From: Syntrophales bacterium
GTDB lineage: Bacteria > Desulfobacterota > Syntrophia > Syntrophales > PHBD01
Reading direction: 5' to 3'
DNA length: 64,000 nucleotides
Assembly: GCA_963668175.1 (NCBI GenBank)
Contig: OY764159.1
Location: 4,128,001-4,192,000, forward strand
Made by a program: the position numbers and the translations under genes. The notes beneath the pieces were generated by a model that made no database searches, was not told where the DNA came from, and saw only the letters and a list, made by a program, of their open reading frames with translations. This document shows positions 19,999 through 28,952 of the stretch, piece after piece (the stretch's first letter is position 1; every line of letters starts with the position of its first letter).

Positions 19999-20667
19999 TT
20001 ACAATTGCGCGGCGAGACGCCGGATGGCGTCGGACTCGAAGATCCGGGTCCCGGAAAAATCGCTATGAACCGCCTTCCATACAGCCGCAGCCACGGCCCT
20101 GGCCGGGACCGGCCTGTATTTTCCGGGCAGGACGAAGGCCATTGGCGCGAGGATCGCCTTCAACAAAATTTCGCCGGGGCGGAATTCCCGTCTTTTTCCC
20201 AGGAGCAGGGAGGGACGGAAGATTCCGACGCTTTCGTATCCGAGGCGGCCGATGGCCTCCTCCAGTTCCCCTTTTACGCGGTTGTAGAAAAAGAAGGAAC
20301 GTGAGTCCGCACCCATGGCAGAGACAAGAAAGAAGCGCCGGGCTCCGTTTTCGACGGCCATTTTTGCCAGATCATAAGGGTATCCGAAATCGATCCGGTA
20401 AAAATTTTCCCTGGAACCGGCCTTATTTATGGTGCTGCCGAGGGCGCAGACGACATTGTCCACCCGGACGAGTTCGCGGCAGCGGTCTATCCGGTCGAAA
20501 TCGACGACATACTGCCTCATGCCGGGCGAAAGATTCCCTTCGGAAAGCAGGGTGCGAGTGAGAATCGTCACATCGCCATAGTAATCATCGTCCCGGAGCA
20601 ATCCAAGGAACTCGCTGCCGACGAGACCCGTAGCGCCGAGAAGGAGGAGCGATTTACCTTTCGACAT
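19999..20667 (-). CDS. NAD(P)H-binding oxidoreductase (CC3/TIP30/YraR-like atypical SDR)
   Basis: GATGLVG, CALGSTINKAGS, VSAMGAD, FYNRVKGELE, RPSLLLG. Confidence 0.85.
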   Translation of the reverse strand: MSKGKSLLLLGATGLVGSEFLGLLRDDDYYGDVTILTRTLLSEGNLSPGMRQYVVDFDRIDRCRELVRVDNVVCALGSTINKAGSRENFYRIDFGYPYDLAKMAVENGARRFFLVSAMGADSRSFFFYNRVKGELEEAIGRLGYESVGIFRPSLLLGKRREFRPGEILLKAILAPMAFVLPGKYRPVPARAVAAAVWKAVHSDFSGTRIFESDAIRRLAAQL

Positions 20668-20679
20668 GAAGATTGTCCG

Positions 20680-20862
20680 TCACTTAAGCCGGGGATCGAT
20701 TTCGCCGAACTGACAATCGGGCGTGTAGCATGTTACGTTAAGAAATTCGCAGCGTTTTTTGCAGGCCGGGCACTCCGCCGGAGGGCTGGTCGTCTGGACG
20801 GTGTTGCCGCAATTGCTGCATTTCCAGAACGGGTCCGGTATTTTCACTCTGTCTTCCGTCAT
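20680..20862 (-). CDS. Small rubredoxin-like/zinc-ribbon protein (60 aa)
   Basis: AAGGAG RBS before ATG 20862; WKCSNCG...PPAECPACKKRCEF..TCYTPDC. Confidence 0.7.
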   Translation of the reverse strand: MTEDRVKIPDPFWKCSNCGNTVQTTSPPAECPACKKRCEFLNVTCYTPDCQFGEIDPRLK

Positions 20863-20949
20863 GGTTCGTTTCTCCTTTCCATGAATACAAGATCGTTGAC
20901 TTAAGATTTTATTCTGTACTAATGTCCGTGTCAAAGGAAAGATCATCTC

Positions 20950-21237
20950 ATGAAAAAATGCCATCGTTGCCACAAGACCATCCCCATCGAAGACACACCG
21001 GGCAGGAGAGAAACATGCCCTAACTGCGGCGCCGATCTTCATTGTTGCTTGAACTGCCGTTTTTACGATCCGGACGCCTACAATCAATGCCGGGAACCCC
21101 AGGCCGAAAGGGTCCTGGACAAAGACAGAAGCAATTTCTGCGACTTTTTTGTCTTTACGGACCAACTATGGTCTTCCGCTCTGAAAGTCCCCGGAGTGTC
21201 TGCCAAACAGAAGCTGGAAGATCTATTCAAAAAATAA
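20950..21237 (+). CDS. Cys-rich hypothetical protein
   Basis: CHRC, CPNC, CCLNC, C, NFCDFF; AAAGGAAAG upstream; ends KLEDLFKK. Confidence 0.65.
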   Translation: MKKCHRCHKTIPIEDTPGRRETCPNCGADLHCCLNCRFYDPDAYNQCREPQAERVLDKDRSNFCDFFVFTDQLWSSALKVPGVSAKQKLEDLFKK

Positions 21238-21296
21238 GCCTCGGCCGTCGGGCCCGTGTGTAATGCAAGGAGTGCGATCATGGAGATTTCTGCGTC

Positions 21297-22844
21297 ATGA
21301 ATGGAGCTGAACTGTTGTTAAAGACGGCTATGGAAGCCGGGATCGAAGTATGTTTCACCAACGCCGGAACGACGGAAATGCCCTTGGTGGCCGCCTTTGA
21401 CCGGATCGCAAAGATGAGGCCGGTTCTGGGCCTATTTGAAGGCGTTTGTACCGGAGCGGCGGACGGTTACGGCCGCATGATGCAGAAGCCCGCCCTGGTT
21501 CTGCTCCACCTCGGCCCCGGCTTGGGCAACGGTATCGCCAATTTGCATAACGCCAGGCGGGCGGGAACGCCCGTCGTAAACATTATCGGCGACCACACCA
21601 CATGGCACCGTTCCGCCGATGCCCCGCTCACCATGGACATCGAAACGCTGGCCGGCACGGTTTCCGGATGGCGGCGCACGGTAAAAGACGCACGAAACCT
21701 GTCGCAGGACATGGCGGACGCCATCGCCGCGGCCACGAAGGGACAGATAAGCAGCCTCATCGTCCCCCACGACTGCCAGTGGACAACCCTGTCCGATCAA
21801 GAGGTCGGCAAGCCTTCTTTTCTTCCGACATCTGCGGATCATGCAAGGATCGAGGAGGCGGCGCGCCTATTGAAGACGGCCAAGAAACCGCTGCTCCTTC
21901 TGGGAGGGAAAGCCTTGCGGAGGGAGGGGTTGATAGAAGCGTGCCGAATTCGTTCGGCAACGGCATGCGATCTCATGTCGGTCACGTTTCCCCCTTATGC
22001 GGACCGCGGGGCGGGCCTGCCCGTCATTCCCAGGATTCCCTATTTCCCGGAACAGGCTGCGGCATCCCTGTCGCCATACGACACGGTTATCCTGGCCGGC
22101 GCCCGGGAGCCGGTCGCCTTCTTCGGATACGAAAACGGGCCGAGCCGGCTGCTCAATCCGGACAGCCGGCGACTTCAGATCGCCGCTGAGGGTGCGGACG
22201 AAGCAGAAGCCCTGGAAATTCTCGCGGATATGCTCTCCGCCCCGTCGGCCGGGATGACCCTGCGCGACCACGGCGCACCTTTCGCGCGGCCTGAGTTGCC
22301 GACAGGCGTTTTAACGGCGGAGAAGGTTTGTATGATCGTTGCGGCCCGGCAGCCGGAAGGGGCCATTATCGTCGAAGAGGCTATCACGTCGGCATTTTCC
22401 TACTATCCTCTGGCCGCAAACGTCCATCCCCACAGTTTCATGACCATCACCGGCGGCGCCATCGGCTGGGGAATACCCTGCGCCACCGGCGCGGCGATAG
22501 CCTGCCCGGACCGGCCGGTTATCGACCTGCAGGCCGACGGAAGCGCCATGTACACCTTTCAGGGACTATGGACCCAGGCCAGGGAAGGCCTGGACGTGTC
22601 CACCCTCATCTGTAACAATCGCAGCTATTTCATCCTCCAGGTGGAAATGATGCGGGCCGGCCTGACGGCAAGCACCAAATCGTCTTCGCTGACAGATCTT
22701 ACCAACCCCGCGATCGACTGGGTTCAGGCGAGCAGGGGTATGGGCGTGCCCGCCGTTTCCGTGTCCACCGCCGAATCGCTCGACCGGGAACTTCGGAAGG
22801 CGCTTGCAGAACCGGGGCCGCATCTGATTGACATGATTTTATAA
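21297..22844 (+). CDS. TPP-dependent enzyme, acetolactate synthase large-subunit-like
   Basis: MNGAE, GTTEM, LFEGVCTGAADGYGRM, LHLGPG, TGGAIG, ADGSAMYT...NN. Confidence 0.85.
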   Translation: MNGAELLLKTAMEAGIEVCFTNAGTTEMPLVAAFDRIAKMRPVLGLFEGVCTGAADGYGRMMQKPALVLLHLGPGLGNGIANLHNARRAGTPVVNIIGDHTTWHRSADAPLTMDIETLAGTVSGWRRTVKDARNLSQDMADAIAAATKGQISSLIVPHDCQWTTLSDQEVGKPSFLPTSADHARIEEAARLLKTAKKPLLLLGGKALRREGLIEACRIRSATACDLMSVTFPPYADRGAGLPVIPRIPYFPEQAAASLSPYDTVILAGAREPVAFFGYENGPSRLLNPDSRRLQIAAEGADEAEALEILADMLSAPSAGMTLRDHGAPFARPELPTGVLTAEKVCMIVAARQPEGAIIVEEAITSAFSYYPLAANVHPHSFMTITGGAIGWGIPCATGAAIACPDRPVIDLQADGSAMYTFQGLWTQAREGLDVSTLICNNRSYFILQVEMMRAGLTASTKSSSLTDLTNPAIDWVQASRGMGVPAVSVSTAESLDRELRKALAEPGPHLIDMIL

Positions 22845-22957
22845 AACCGGACGGGATATGGTCCGGTTCGACCATCTTAATAATAGAGGAATCTTTGTCG
22901 ATTCCGGCTGTGCCCAACTGAAAAACCCCTTTACGGAGCTTGTTCAGAGGCATTTCC

Positions 22958-23479
22958 ATGATTCGGCCATGCAACTTTGAAGATGCGGACGATTTCGAGG
23001 CGATTTACGACATCGTCAATCACTCCGCCGAAATCTACCGGGATATCATTCCCGCAGAACAGTGGACCGTCCCCTATTTTTCCAGGCTGGAACTACAACA
23101 GGAAATCGACAGGGGCGTTGCTTTCTGGGGATACGAGGAAATCGGATCGCTCATTGCCGTCATGGGCATCCAGCATGTCCTCGACGCCACCCTGATCAGA
23201 TATCTTTATGTCCAGAGGGGTCGCCGGGGCAAGGGCATAGGCAGCGCATTGATTGCCTTTTTACGGCAATCGACCTCCCGTCCTCTGCTGGCGAATACAT
23301 TTCTGAACGCCGTCAAGGCCATCCATTTCTATGAACTGCACGATTTCCTGCCGGTGGAACAAGAACAGCGAGACCGCCTGATTAAGGCATACTGGCCCCC
23401 GTCCGATCATCGGATCGGGACATACGCCGTTTTAGCGGATCAGAAGGCCCGGGATATTCTGCTGACACGAAATCTCTAA
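22958..23479 (+). CDS. GNAT family N-acetyltransferase
   Basis: LYVQRGRRGKGIGSAL acetyl-CoA-binding motif; AIHFYELHDF. Confidence 0.8.
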   Translation: MIRPCNFEDADDFEAIYDIVNHSAEIYRDIIPAEQWTVPYFSRLELQQEIDRGVAFWGYEEIGSLIAVMGIQHVLDATLIRYLYVQRGRRGKGIGSALIAFLRQSTSRPLLANTFLNAVKAIHFYELHDFLPVEQEQRDRLIKAYWPPSDHRIGTYAVLADQKARDILLTRNL

Positions 23480-23555
23480 TTCCCGCGGACGATATCAAGA
23501 CGCATCCGGCAAAGCTGCGATAACTCTTCCATGCCGTCGTTTTCCGTTCCCCCCG

Positions 23556-24530
23556 TTATTTCCAGACTTCCGGATTCACCAGGTTGGGCGGCTTCCGGCC
23601 GGTCAGACCGGCGATAAGATTATCCGTCGCCATCATGGCCATCTTCATTCGGGTCTCCAGGGTAGCGCTTCCCACATGGGGCAGGAGCACCGTGTTGGCG
23701 AGGCCCGCCAGGCCTGGCGCCAGGGAGGGTTCGTTTTCATAGACATCGAGGCCCGCCCCCGCTAGCACGCCGTCTTGAAGGGCGGAAACGAGCGCCGGCT
23801 CGTCGACCACCGGTCCCCGCGACGTGTTGATCAGGAAGGCCGCAGGCTTCATCAGCGACAACTCGGCCATGCCGATGAGATGTTTGGTGTTTTCAGCCAG
23901 CGGCACATGGATCGATACGAAATCCGATGAGGCAAGCAGGGTTTTCATGTCCGTATATTCGGCCCGCAGCGATTTCTCTTCCGCTGCATCGATGCGATCC
24001 CGGTTATGATAGAGAATGCGCATGTCGAATCCCGCAGCCCGCCTTGCCACCGCCTTCCCGATCCGGCCCATGCCGATGATGCCCAGGGTCTTGCCCGTCA
24101 CTTCCGTGCCGAGAAAAAGAAAAGGCGCCCAAAATTGAAAACGGCCCTCGCGAACCATTCGGTCGCCCTCGGCAACGCGTCGCGCGACCGACAGAATCAG
24201 CGTAAACGCCAAATCGGCGGTTGTCTCGGTCAGGACGTCGGGGGTATTGGTCACGGGGATTTTCCTGGCGGTCGCCGCCTTCACATCGACATTGTTGTAC
24301 CCGACGGCCATATTGGCAATCATTCTCAGGCGGGGTGCCCGGGACAGGACCTCTTCGTCCACCATGTCGGTAATCATGGACATCAAGCCCTCCTTGTCTC
24401 CTACGGACTCAAGAAGGCGCGCTCTCTTCAAGGGAAGGTCTTCGAAATTCCCTTCCACCTCAAAGACCTCCCGCAAGCGATCCAGAACAGAGGCAGGGAG
24501 ATTCCCGCAAACAAGTATTTTCTGTTTCAT
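23556..24530 (-). CDS. D-2-hydroxyacid dehydrogenase (glyoxylate reductase / D-glycerate dehydrogenase)
   Basis: AVGYNNVD, TNTPDVL, GIIGMGRIG, INTSRG, GLDVYENEP, PHVGSAT. Confidence 0.9.
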   Translation of the reverse strand: MKQKILVCGNLPASVLDRLREVFEVEGNFEDLPLKRARLLESVGDKEGLMSMITDMVDEEVLSRAPRLRMIANMAVGYNNVDVKAATARKIPVTNTPDVLTETTADLAFTLILSVARRVAEGDRMVREGRFQFWAPFLFLGTEVTGKTLGIIGMGRIGKAVARRAAGFDMRILYHNRDRIDAAEEKSLRAEYTDMKTLLASSDFVSIHVPLAENTKHLIGMAELSLMKPAAFLINTSRGPVVDEPALVSALQDGVLAGAGLDVYENEPSLAPGLAGLANTVLLPHVGSATLETRMKMAMMATDNLIAGLTGRKPPNLVNPEVWK

Positions 24531-24616
24531 GCATTCCCCTTTCGATTCCTATGACCGGCAATCACGGTTCTGATGTTCCGCAGTCCTGATCACTATAATA
24601 GATTCGTGCCCGATCA

Positions 24617-25384
24617 TCAATTCTTTCGTCCGCTGAAATCGGCATCCTGAAAGGCTCGATTCTGCGGAATGATCAGCGCAACGCCCTCCAAGTCGTCTAT
24701 CCCGACCTCGGCATCGCTTACGCTGCATGACAGCATGTGCCCGGCATGTTGACCGTCCCGGGAAATGAAATGCAGGTGAAAACCGGGCATGTTGATACCC
24801 GACAAAAACTCCGGCAGCCAGTAGCCGACAATCGTCCCCTGAAGGTCGACAAACTCAAATACGGCCTGACGGGCGACGACATCCCGGAGAGGAGGGTACG
24901 GTTTGGACTGCCCGGGAACGCTTCGTATTTTAATGTAGGAGAATGTCCCTGTTATCCGGAAAGCATACGGGCGATTGGCGGTGGGCAGGTGACGCGCAAG
25001 ATATCGCTTGAGCGCATCCATGTCCGCAATGCGCTCCGCAAGGCGTATCCGGCGGTCTGCCCTGAAGAAATGGACCATCGCGAAAGGGGCCTTCATGCCG
25101 GGATCGGCTTTTCTGACCGTGCCGTCCACCAGGGCCTGATAGAAGATACCGTCCAGGGCGATCATTTCGCCGTCGATGCCCGTAAAAGTGCCGATCCCGA
25201 AATCCCCGTACCCGGCCAGCCTTTCATAAGTCACTTCCCCGTCGTACAGACCCCTATCCAGCGCCTGGTACGTCGAGACCTGGGTCAGCGTCGCCTGATG
25301 CTTTACCGGCAGACCCGGAGCGCATCCGCACAGGAGCACCAATAAACTAACGACGATACCGGACTTCACCGGCAGGGAAATCAT
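24617..25384 (-). CDS. budA: Alpha-acetolactate decarboxylase with a lipoprotein-like signal peptide
   Basis: GDFGIGTF..IDGEMI, RSVP, GFHLHFIS...GH Zn motif; N-terminal hydrophobic stretch ending LCGC. Confidence 0.85.
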   Translation of the reverse strand: MISLPVKSGIVVSLLVLLCGCAPGLPVKHQATLTQVSTYQALDRGLYDGEVTYERLAGYGDFGIGTFTGIDGEMIALDGIFYQALVDGTVRKADPGMKAPFAMVHFFRADRRIRLAERIADMDALKRYLARHLPTANRPYAFRITGTFSYIKIRSVPGQSKPYPPLRDVVARQAVFEFVDLQGTIVGYWLPEFLSGINMPGFHLHFISRDGQHAGHMLSCSVSDAEVGIDDLEGVALIIPQNRAFQDADFSGRKN

Positions 25385-25466
25385 TTTCACAGGCAGGGAT
25401 GCCTTTCTTTATGCGGGGGAATGCCATCGGTACACGTGAATGGCCCCCACGGATGTTCTGTATTGC

Positions 25467-25814
25467 CTATTTGTACTCCCGGAACTTGGCTTCGATGGCG
25501 CTGATATCGTCGAGACGAATGAGGGCGTCGAAAAACTCCTTGCCGGTTATCTTCTCCAGGTGCATCCAATGGTCTCCCACCGACTTGACCGATCCCTGCA
25601 AGGTCTTTCCGGAACGCAGATGGATATAGACGTTCTTTCCTGCAAACGATTTGAGATTGTCCGGCAGCGGCGCGGACACGGAGAAAGCGACGTCCGAAAC
25701 AGCCGTCATCCGGGATTGTGCTCCAACATGAGGGGGAAAACAGAAGACCGCCGAACAAATCGCTGTCGCCGTTGCAGCCGCAACAAGCACCGCGAGCCTG
25801 ATCTTTGTCCTCAT
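25467..25814 (-). CDS. Exported hypothetical protein, possible Sm/LSm-like fold
   Basis: Signal peptide; GKNVYIHLRSGKTLQGSVKSVGD...LIRLDDISAI; AAAGGAG RBS. Confidence 0.6.
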   Translation of the reverse strand: MRTKIRLAVLVAAATATAICSAVFCFPPHVGAQSRMTAVSDVAFSVSAPLPDNLKSFAGKNVYIHLRSGKTLQGSVKSVGDHWMHLEKITGKEFFDALIRLDDISAIEAKFREYK

Positions 25815-25863
25815 AGCAACTCCTTTCCCGTTATTGATCTTACCGGAATTAAAAAACTGTAAG

Positions 25864-26610
25864 CTATGCGTCCATGCCCTCGATCAGGGCCATCACGTTA
25901 TGCCCCAACACCTGATGGTTGTAACCGCCTTCGAGAACGGCGAAATAACCGCCCTTGTTTCTTCCGGCCGCCTCCCTGACCAGACGGCCGATCTTCTTGT
26001 AGTCCGAAGTGGCCAGAAGCCCGCCCCAATCATCCTCATGATGATCGAAACCTGCCGAAATGCCGATGATGTCGACCTGACGGCTGTCGAGAAATTTCTT
26101 CACCTCGTCTATATACCGCGCCCGGTCCGACGATTTGGGATTCAGGATGGAGACGTATTCCTTCCCGCCCAGGATGTTCACCGTCCCGTCGCCGAAATGA
26201 AGATCGATGTCGAGGACCAGGGCGGAATTAATTCTCCCGTCCCTCCTGAGTTTTTCCAGGGCGATCGGCATGTTGCAGAAGAAGCAGAAACCCCAGGCGC
26301 TGTTGGCCGAGGCATGGTGCCCGGGAGGGCGGATCAGGCCGAAGCAGGGTTCCTTCAATCCGATCTCGGCGGCCTGGATGGCTCCCCCCGCCGCCAGGGC
26401 GGCGATATCGTAAAGCCCTTCCCTGGTGACCTCGGCAATATGGGACGGGGTGTGAACGGCGGCAATATCGTCGGCTGAGGCAGGAACGGCCTCGACGAAC
26501 TGGACCTTGTCGCGGATGACTTTGACGACCGCCTCGATCCGCCCCGTCGCGGCGGCGGGATCCATGGTGTATGACCGGTAGAAATTCTCGTGGAAAACGA
26601 CTTTCATCAT
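25864..26610 (-). CDS. Zn-dependent histone deacetylase family protein (compact, 248 aa)
   Basis: RPPGHHA, GFCFF, DIDLHFGDG, SAGFD, LEGGY; GGAGG RBS before ATG 26610. Confidence 0.9.
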   Translation of the reverse strand: MMKVVFHENFYRSYTMDPAAATGRIEAVVKVIRDKVQFVEAVPASADDIAAVHTPSHIAEVTREGLYDIAALAAGGAIQAAEIGLKEPCFGLIRPPGHHASANSAWGFCFFCNMPIALEKLRRDGRINSALVLDIDLHFGDGTVNILGGKEYVSILNPKSSDRARYIDEVKKFLDSRQVDIIGISAGFDHHEDDWGGLLATSDYKKIGRLVREAAGRNKGGYFAVLEGGYNHQVLGHNVMALIEGMDA

Positions 26611-26671
26611 GGCACCTCCCTGAACCAATTCACGATTGCCCATAGACATACGGAAAACGACTTCCGACCGC

Positions 26672-27118
26672 CTACAGAAAAAGCAGCGCCTTCAGGAGCT
26701 TGATGGTATTATTGGATACGGGAAGCCCTTTTAATTCGTCCGCTGACAGCCAGCGGGCATCTAGCGCATCGTCCGCTCCCTTGGGTTCACCGCATACATA
26801 GTCAGCCATCATATCGACAATAACGTAATGGTATTTAACACGATTTTCGCCGTCGCGCTCGAAAAAATCGAAGGTATAGACGGGGGCTCCGGCCTTTACG
26901 GTGATACCCGTCTCTTCCATGATTTCTCTTTCCGCGCCTTCCTGCAAGGTCTCCCCCAGCTTCAGCATGCCGCCGGGTATGGCCCACAAATCCTTGCTGG
27001 GAGCAATCCCGCGCCTGATCAAGAGGACCTTGCCGTCCCGGATGACGATGCCGCCGACGCCGACCAGCGGCCGGTCGGGATATTCCCTGCTGCTTTTCCG
27101 TCCCGGCCCTTCGCTCAT
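26672..27118 (-). CDS. Nudix hydrolase (ADP-ribose pyrophosphatase-like)
   Basis: Nudix box GGMLKLGETLQEGAEREIMEETGI; REYPDRPLVGVG N-terminus; ATG overlaps the NRDE stop. Confidence 0.88.
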   Translation of the reverse strand: MSEGPGRKSSREYPDRPLVGVGGIVIRDGKVLLIRRGIAPSKDLWAIPGGMLKLGETLQEGAEREIMEETGITVKAGAPVYTFDFFERDGENRVKYHYVIVDMMADYVCGEPKGADDALDARWLSADELKGLPVSNNTIKLLKALLFL

Positions 27119-27906
27119 GCATTTCCTCCGGACAGGGGGCCGGCCTGAATGGCGAAATCGAATCGCGATGTCAGCCATGATTCGGGATGACCGTTGTAAA
27201 CCCTTTCGATGAATGTCACATGCCCCTTTCGATCGATCATGATGACGGTTGACGAGCGGGTGCCGTATGTGGGACTGACAATGAAAATCGCCGACAGGAT
27301 GCGCTCCCATTCGAGACCGATTCCCGTATCGGGCAGAAGATCGTCGGGAAAGCGCGATCGGTCGGCAAGGACGGCGAATAACGCTTCCGGATCAGGTTCT
27401 TCACTTTGCTCGACGATGGATTTGAGTCCCGCCTTGCCTTTTTCCAGTTTCGGCCATGGCGTATCGAGCTGACGATTGCTCAGTCCGAAAAGACCGGCCT
27501 TCATTTCCTGAATTTTTCCCGAATGGGAAAAATAATAGAGACCCGGCCATTCGCCTAGGAGTAAATTAAACCCGTTGTAGCGATCGACATTCGTCTTTAA
27601 ATGATTGAGAAAATCCGGCGCACCCTTGCGTCCTGTAAGGTAGTCATGGACCAACAATCCCCTTGACAGGGCATTGATCCTCAACGATGCGGGGTCCCGA
27701 TAATTGGTCAGGGCGGCAATCCGCCCTTTTCTGGTGATGCCCAGCCATGTTCCGCCCTCCCTGAGGTCCCTGCCGCCCAGTACTTCCGGAGTGTCCTCCC
27801 AGAGAGCAGCGGCGGCCGAAGGCCTTTCGTAAAATTCGTCGCGATTGGCCGCAAAGATAAACGGATAACGGGGATGTTGTTTATAAGACAACAATATCAG
27901 ACACAT
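27115..27906 (-). CDS. NRDE/TANGO2 family protein
   Basis: Starts MCLI; AANRDEFYERP, GRDLREGGTWLG, SRG, YNGFNL, YGTRSST. Confidence 0.92.
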   Translation of the reverse strand: MCLILLSYKQHPRYPFIFAANRDEFYERPSAAAALWEDTPEVLGGRDLREGGTWLGITRKGRIAALTNYRDPASLRINALSRGLLVHDYLTGRKGAPDFLNHLKTNVDRYNGFNLLLGEWPGLYYFSHSGKIQEMKAGLFGLSNRQLDTPWPKLEKGKAGLKSIVEQSEEPDPEALFAVLADRSRFPDDLLPDTGIGLEWERILSAIFIVSPTYGTRSSTVIMIDRKGHVTFIERVYNGHPESWLTSRFDFAIQAGPLSGGNA

Positions 27907-27964
27907 ACCCATTCACCCTTGGTTTTCATGTATGAAAGTCCGAAGAACCGTTCAATAGGTTTTT

Positions 27965-28747
27965 TTATCCGAGCTTAGCTTTCACCCGTTCGACGATGCG
28001 TTCCATGACATCGCCGGCAGGCATGTCGATACAGACATCGGCTTCACCGTCGTAAGGCGTCTCGCCCTTATTGATGATAACGAGCTTCGCCCCTCCCCCT
28101 TTGGCGTACATGGGAAGATAGGCGGCCGGGTACACGACCAGGGAAGAGCCGATGACAATCAACAGATCGCAGTTGCTGGCATCCCGGGTGGCATCGTTCA
28201 AAGTCCGCTGGGGCAGGCTCTCGCCGAAAAAAATGACGTCGGGCTTGAGGATGCCCTGGCAGTGTTCGCAAGCGGGGACATCGGCATTTGCCTTGTTCCT
28301 GTCAAGGATCTCCCGCAGAGGATAACGGGCGCGGCATCCCAGGCATACGATCCAGTTCATGCTGCCGTGGAGCTCATAGACCCTCTCAGGGTCATTGCCC
28401 GCTTTCTGATGAAGATTGTCGATATTCTGGGTGATGACGCAGACGAGTTTGCCGATCCGCTCCAGTTCGGCTACGGCAAAATGGGCCTTATTCGGTTCCG
28501 CATCGGCAAAGAGTCCTCCCTCCAGGAGAATCTTCCACTGTTTGCGCCTCGTTTCCGCGCTGTACAAGAATTTATCGATCGTAAAATCGTCGGGATCGAA
28601 CCTCGACCATATTCCGCCCGGCCCCCGGAAATCGGGGATGCCCGACTCTGTGCTGATGCCAGCCCCCGTAAAAACGACCACACGGTCCGCCGCTGTTATG
28701 AAGTCCGCTACGGTATCGATCTTCTTTTCCGCTGCATCCTGCCGCAT
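27965..28747 (-). CDS. cobB: Sir2 family NAD-dependent protein deacylase
   Basis: TGAGISTESGIPDFRG, TQNIDNLH, ELHGS, CxxC...CxxC, KPDVIFFGE, GSSLVVYPAA. Confidence 0.93.
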   Translation of the reverse strand: MRQDAAEKKIDTVADFITAADRVVVFTGAGISTESGIPDFRGPGGIWSRFDPDDFTIDKFLYSAETRRKQWKILLEGGLFADAEPNKAHFAVAELERIGKLVCVITQNIDNLHQKAGNDPERVYELHGSMNWIVCLGCRARYPLREILDRNKANADVPACEHCQGILKPDVIFFGESLPQRTLNDATRDASNCDLLIVIGSSLVVYPAAYLPMYAKGGGAKLVIINKGETPYDGEADVCIDMPAGDVMERIVERVKAKLG

Positions 28748-28952
28748 AGGCCCTCCGGTACAAATTCACTAGACTATATGTAAAATAAAAAGATACAAAT
28801 GAAAAGAGGTAAATGCACAGGACGACGGCATGAAGGATTGCCCCAAATATCCCTGCCCTTTCAAATGGATAGCTTTGTTATTTTTCAATTGTAATCTTCC
28901 CCCGAATTCGTTAAGGTTCTTACCCGTAAAGGCATGGAGCAGATAAAACCTT

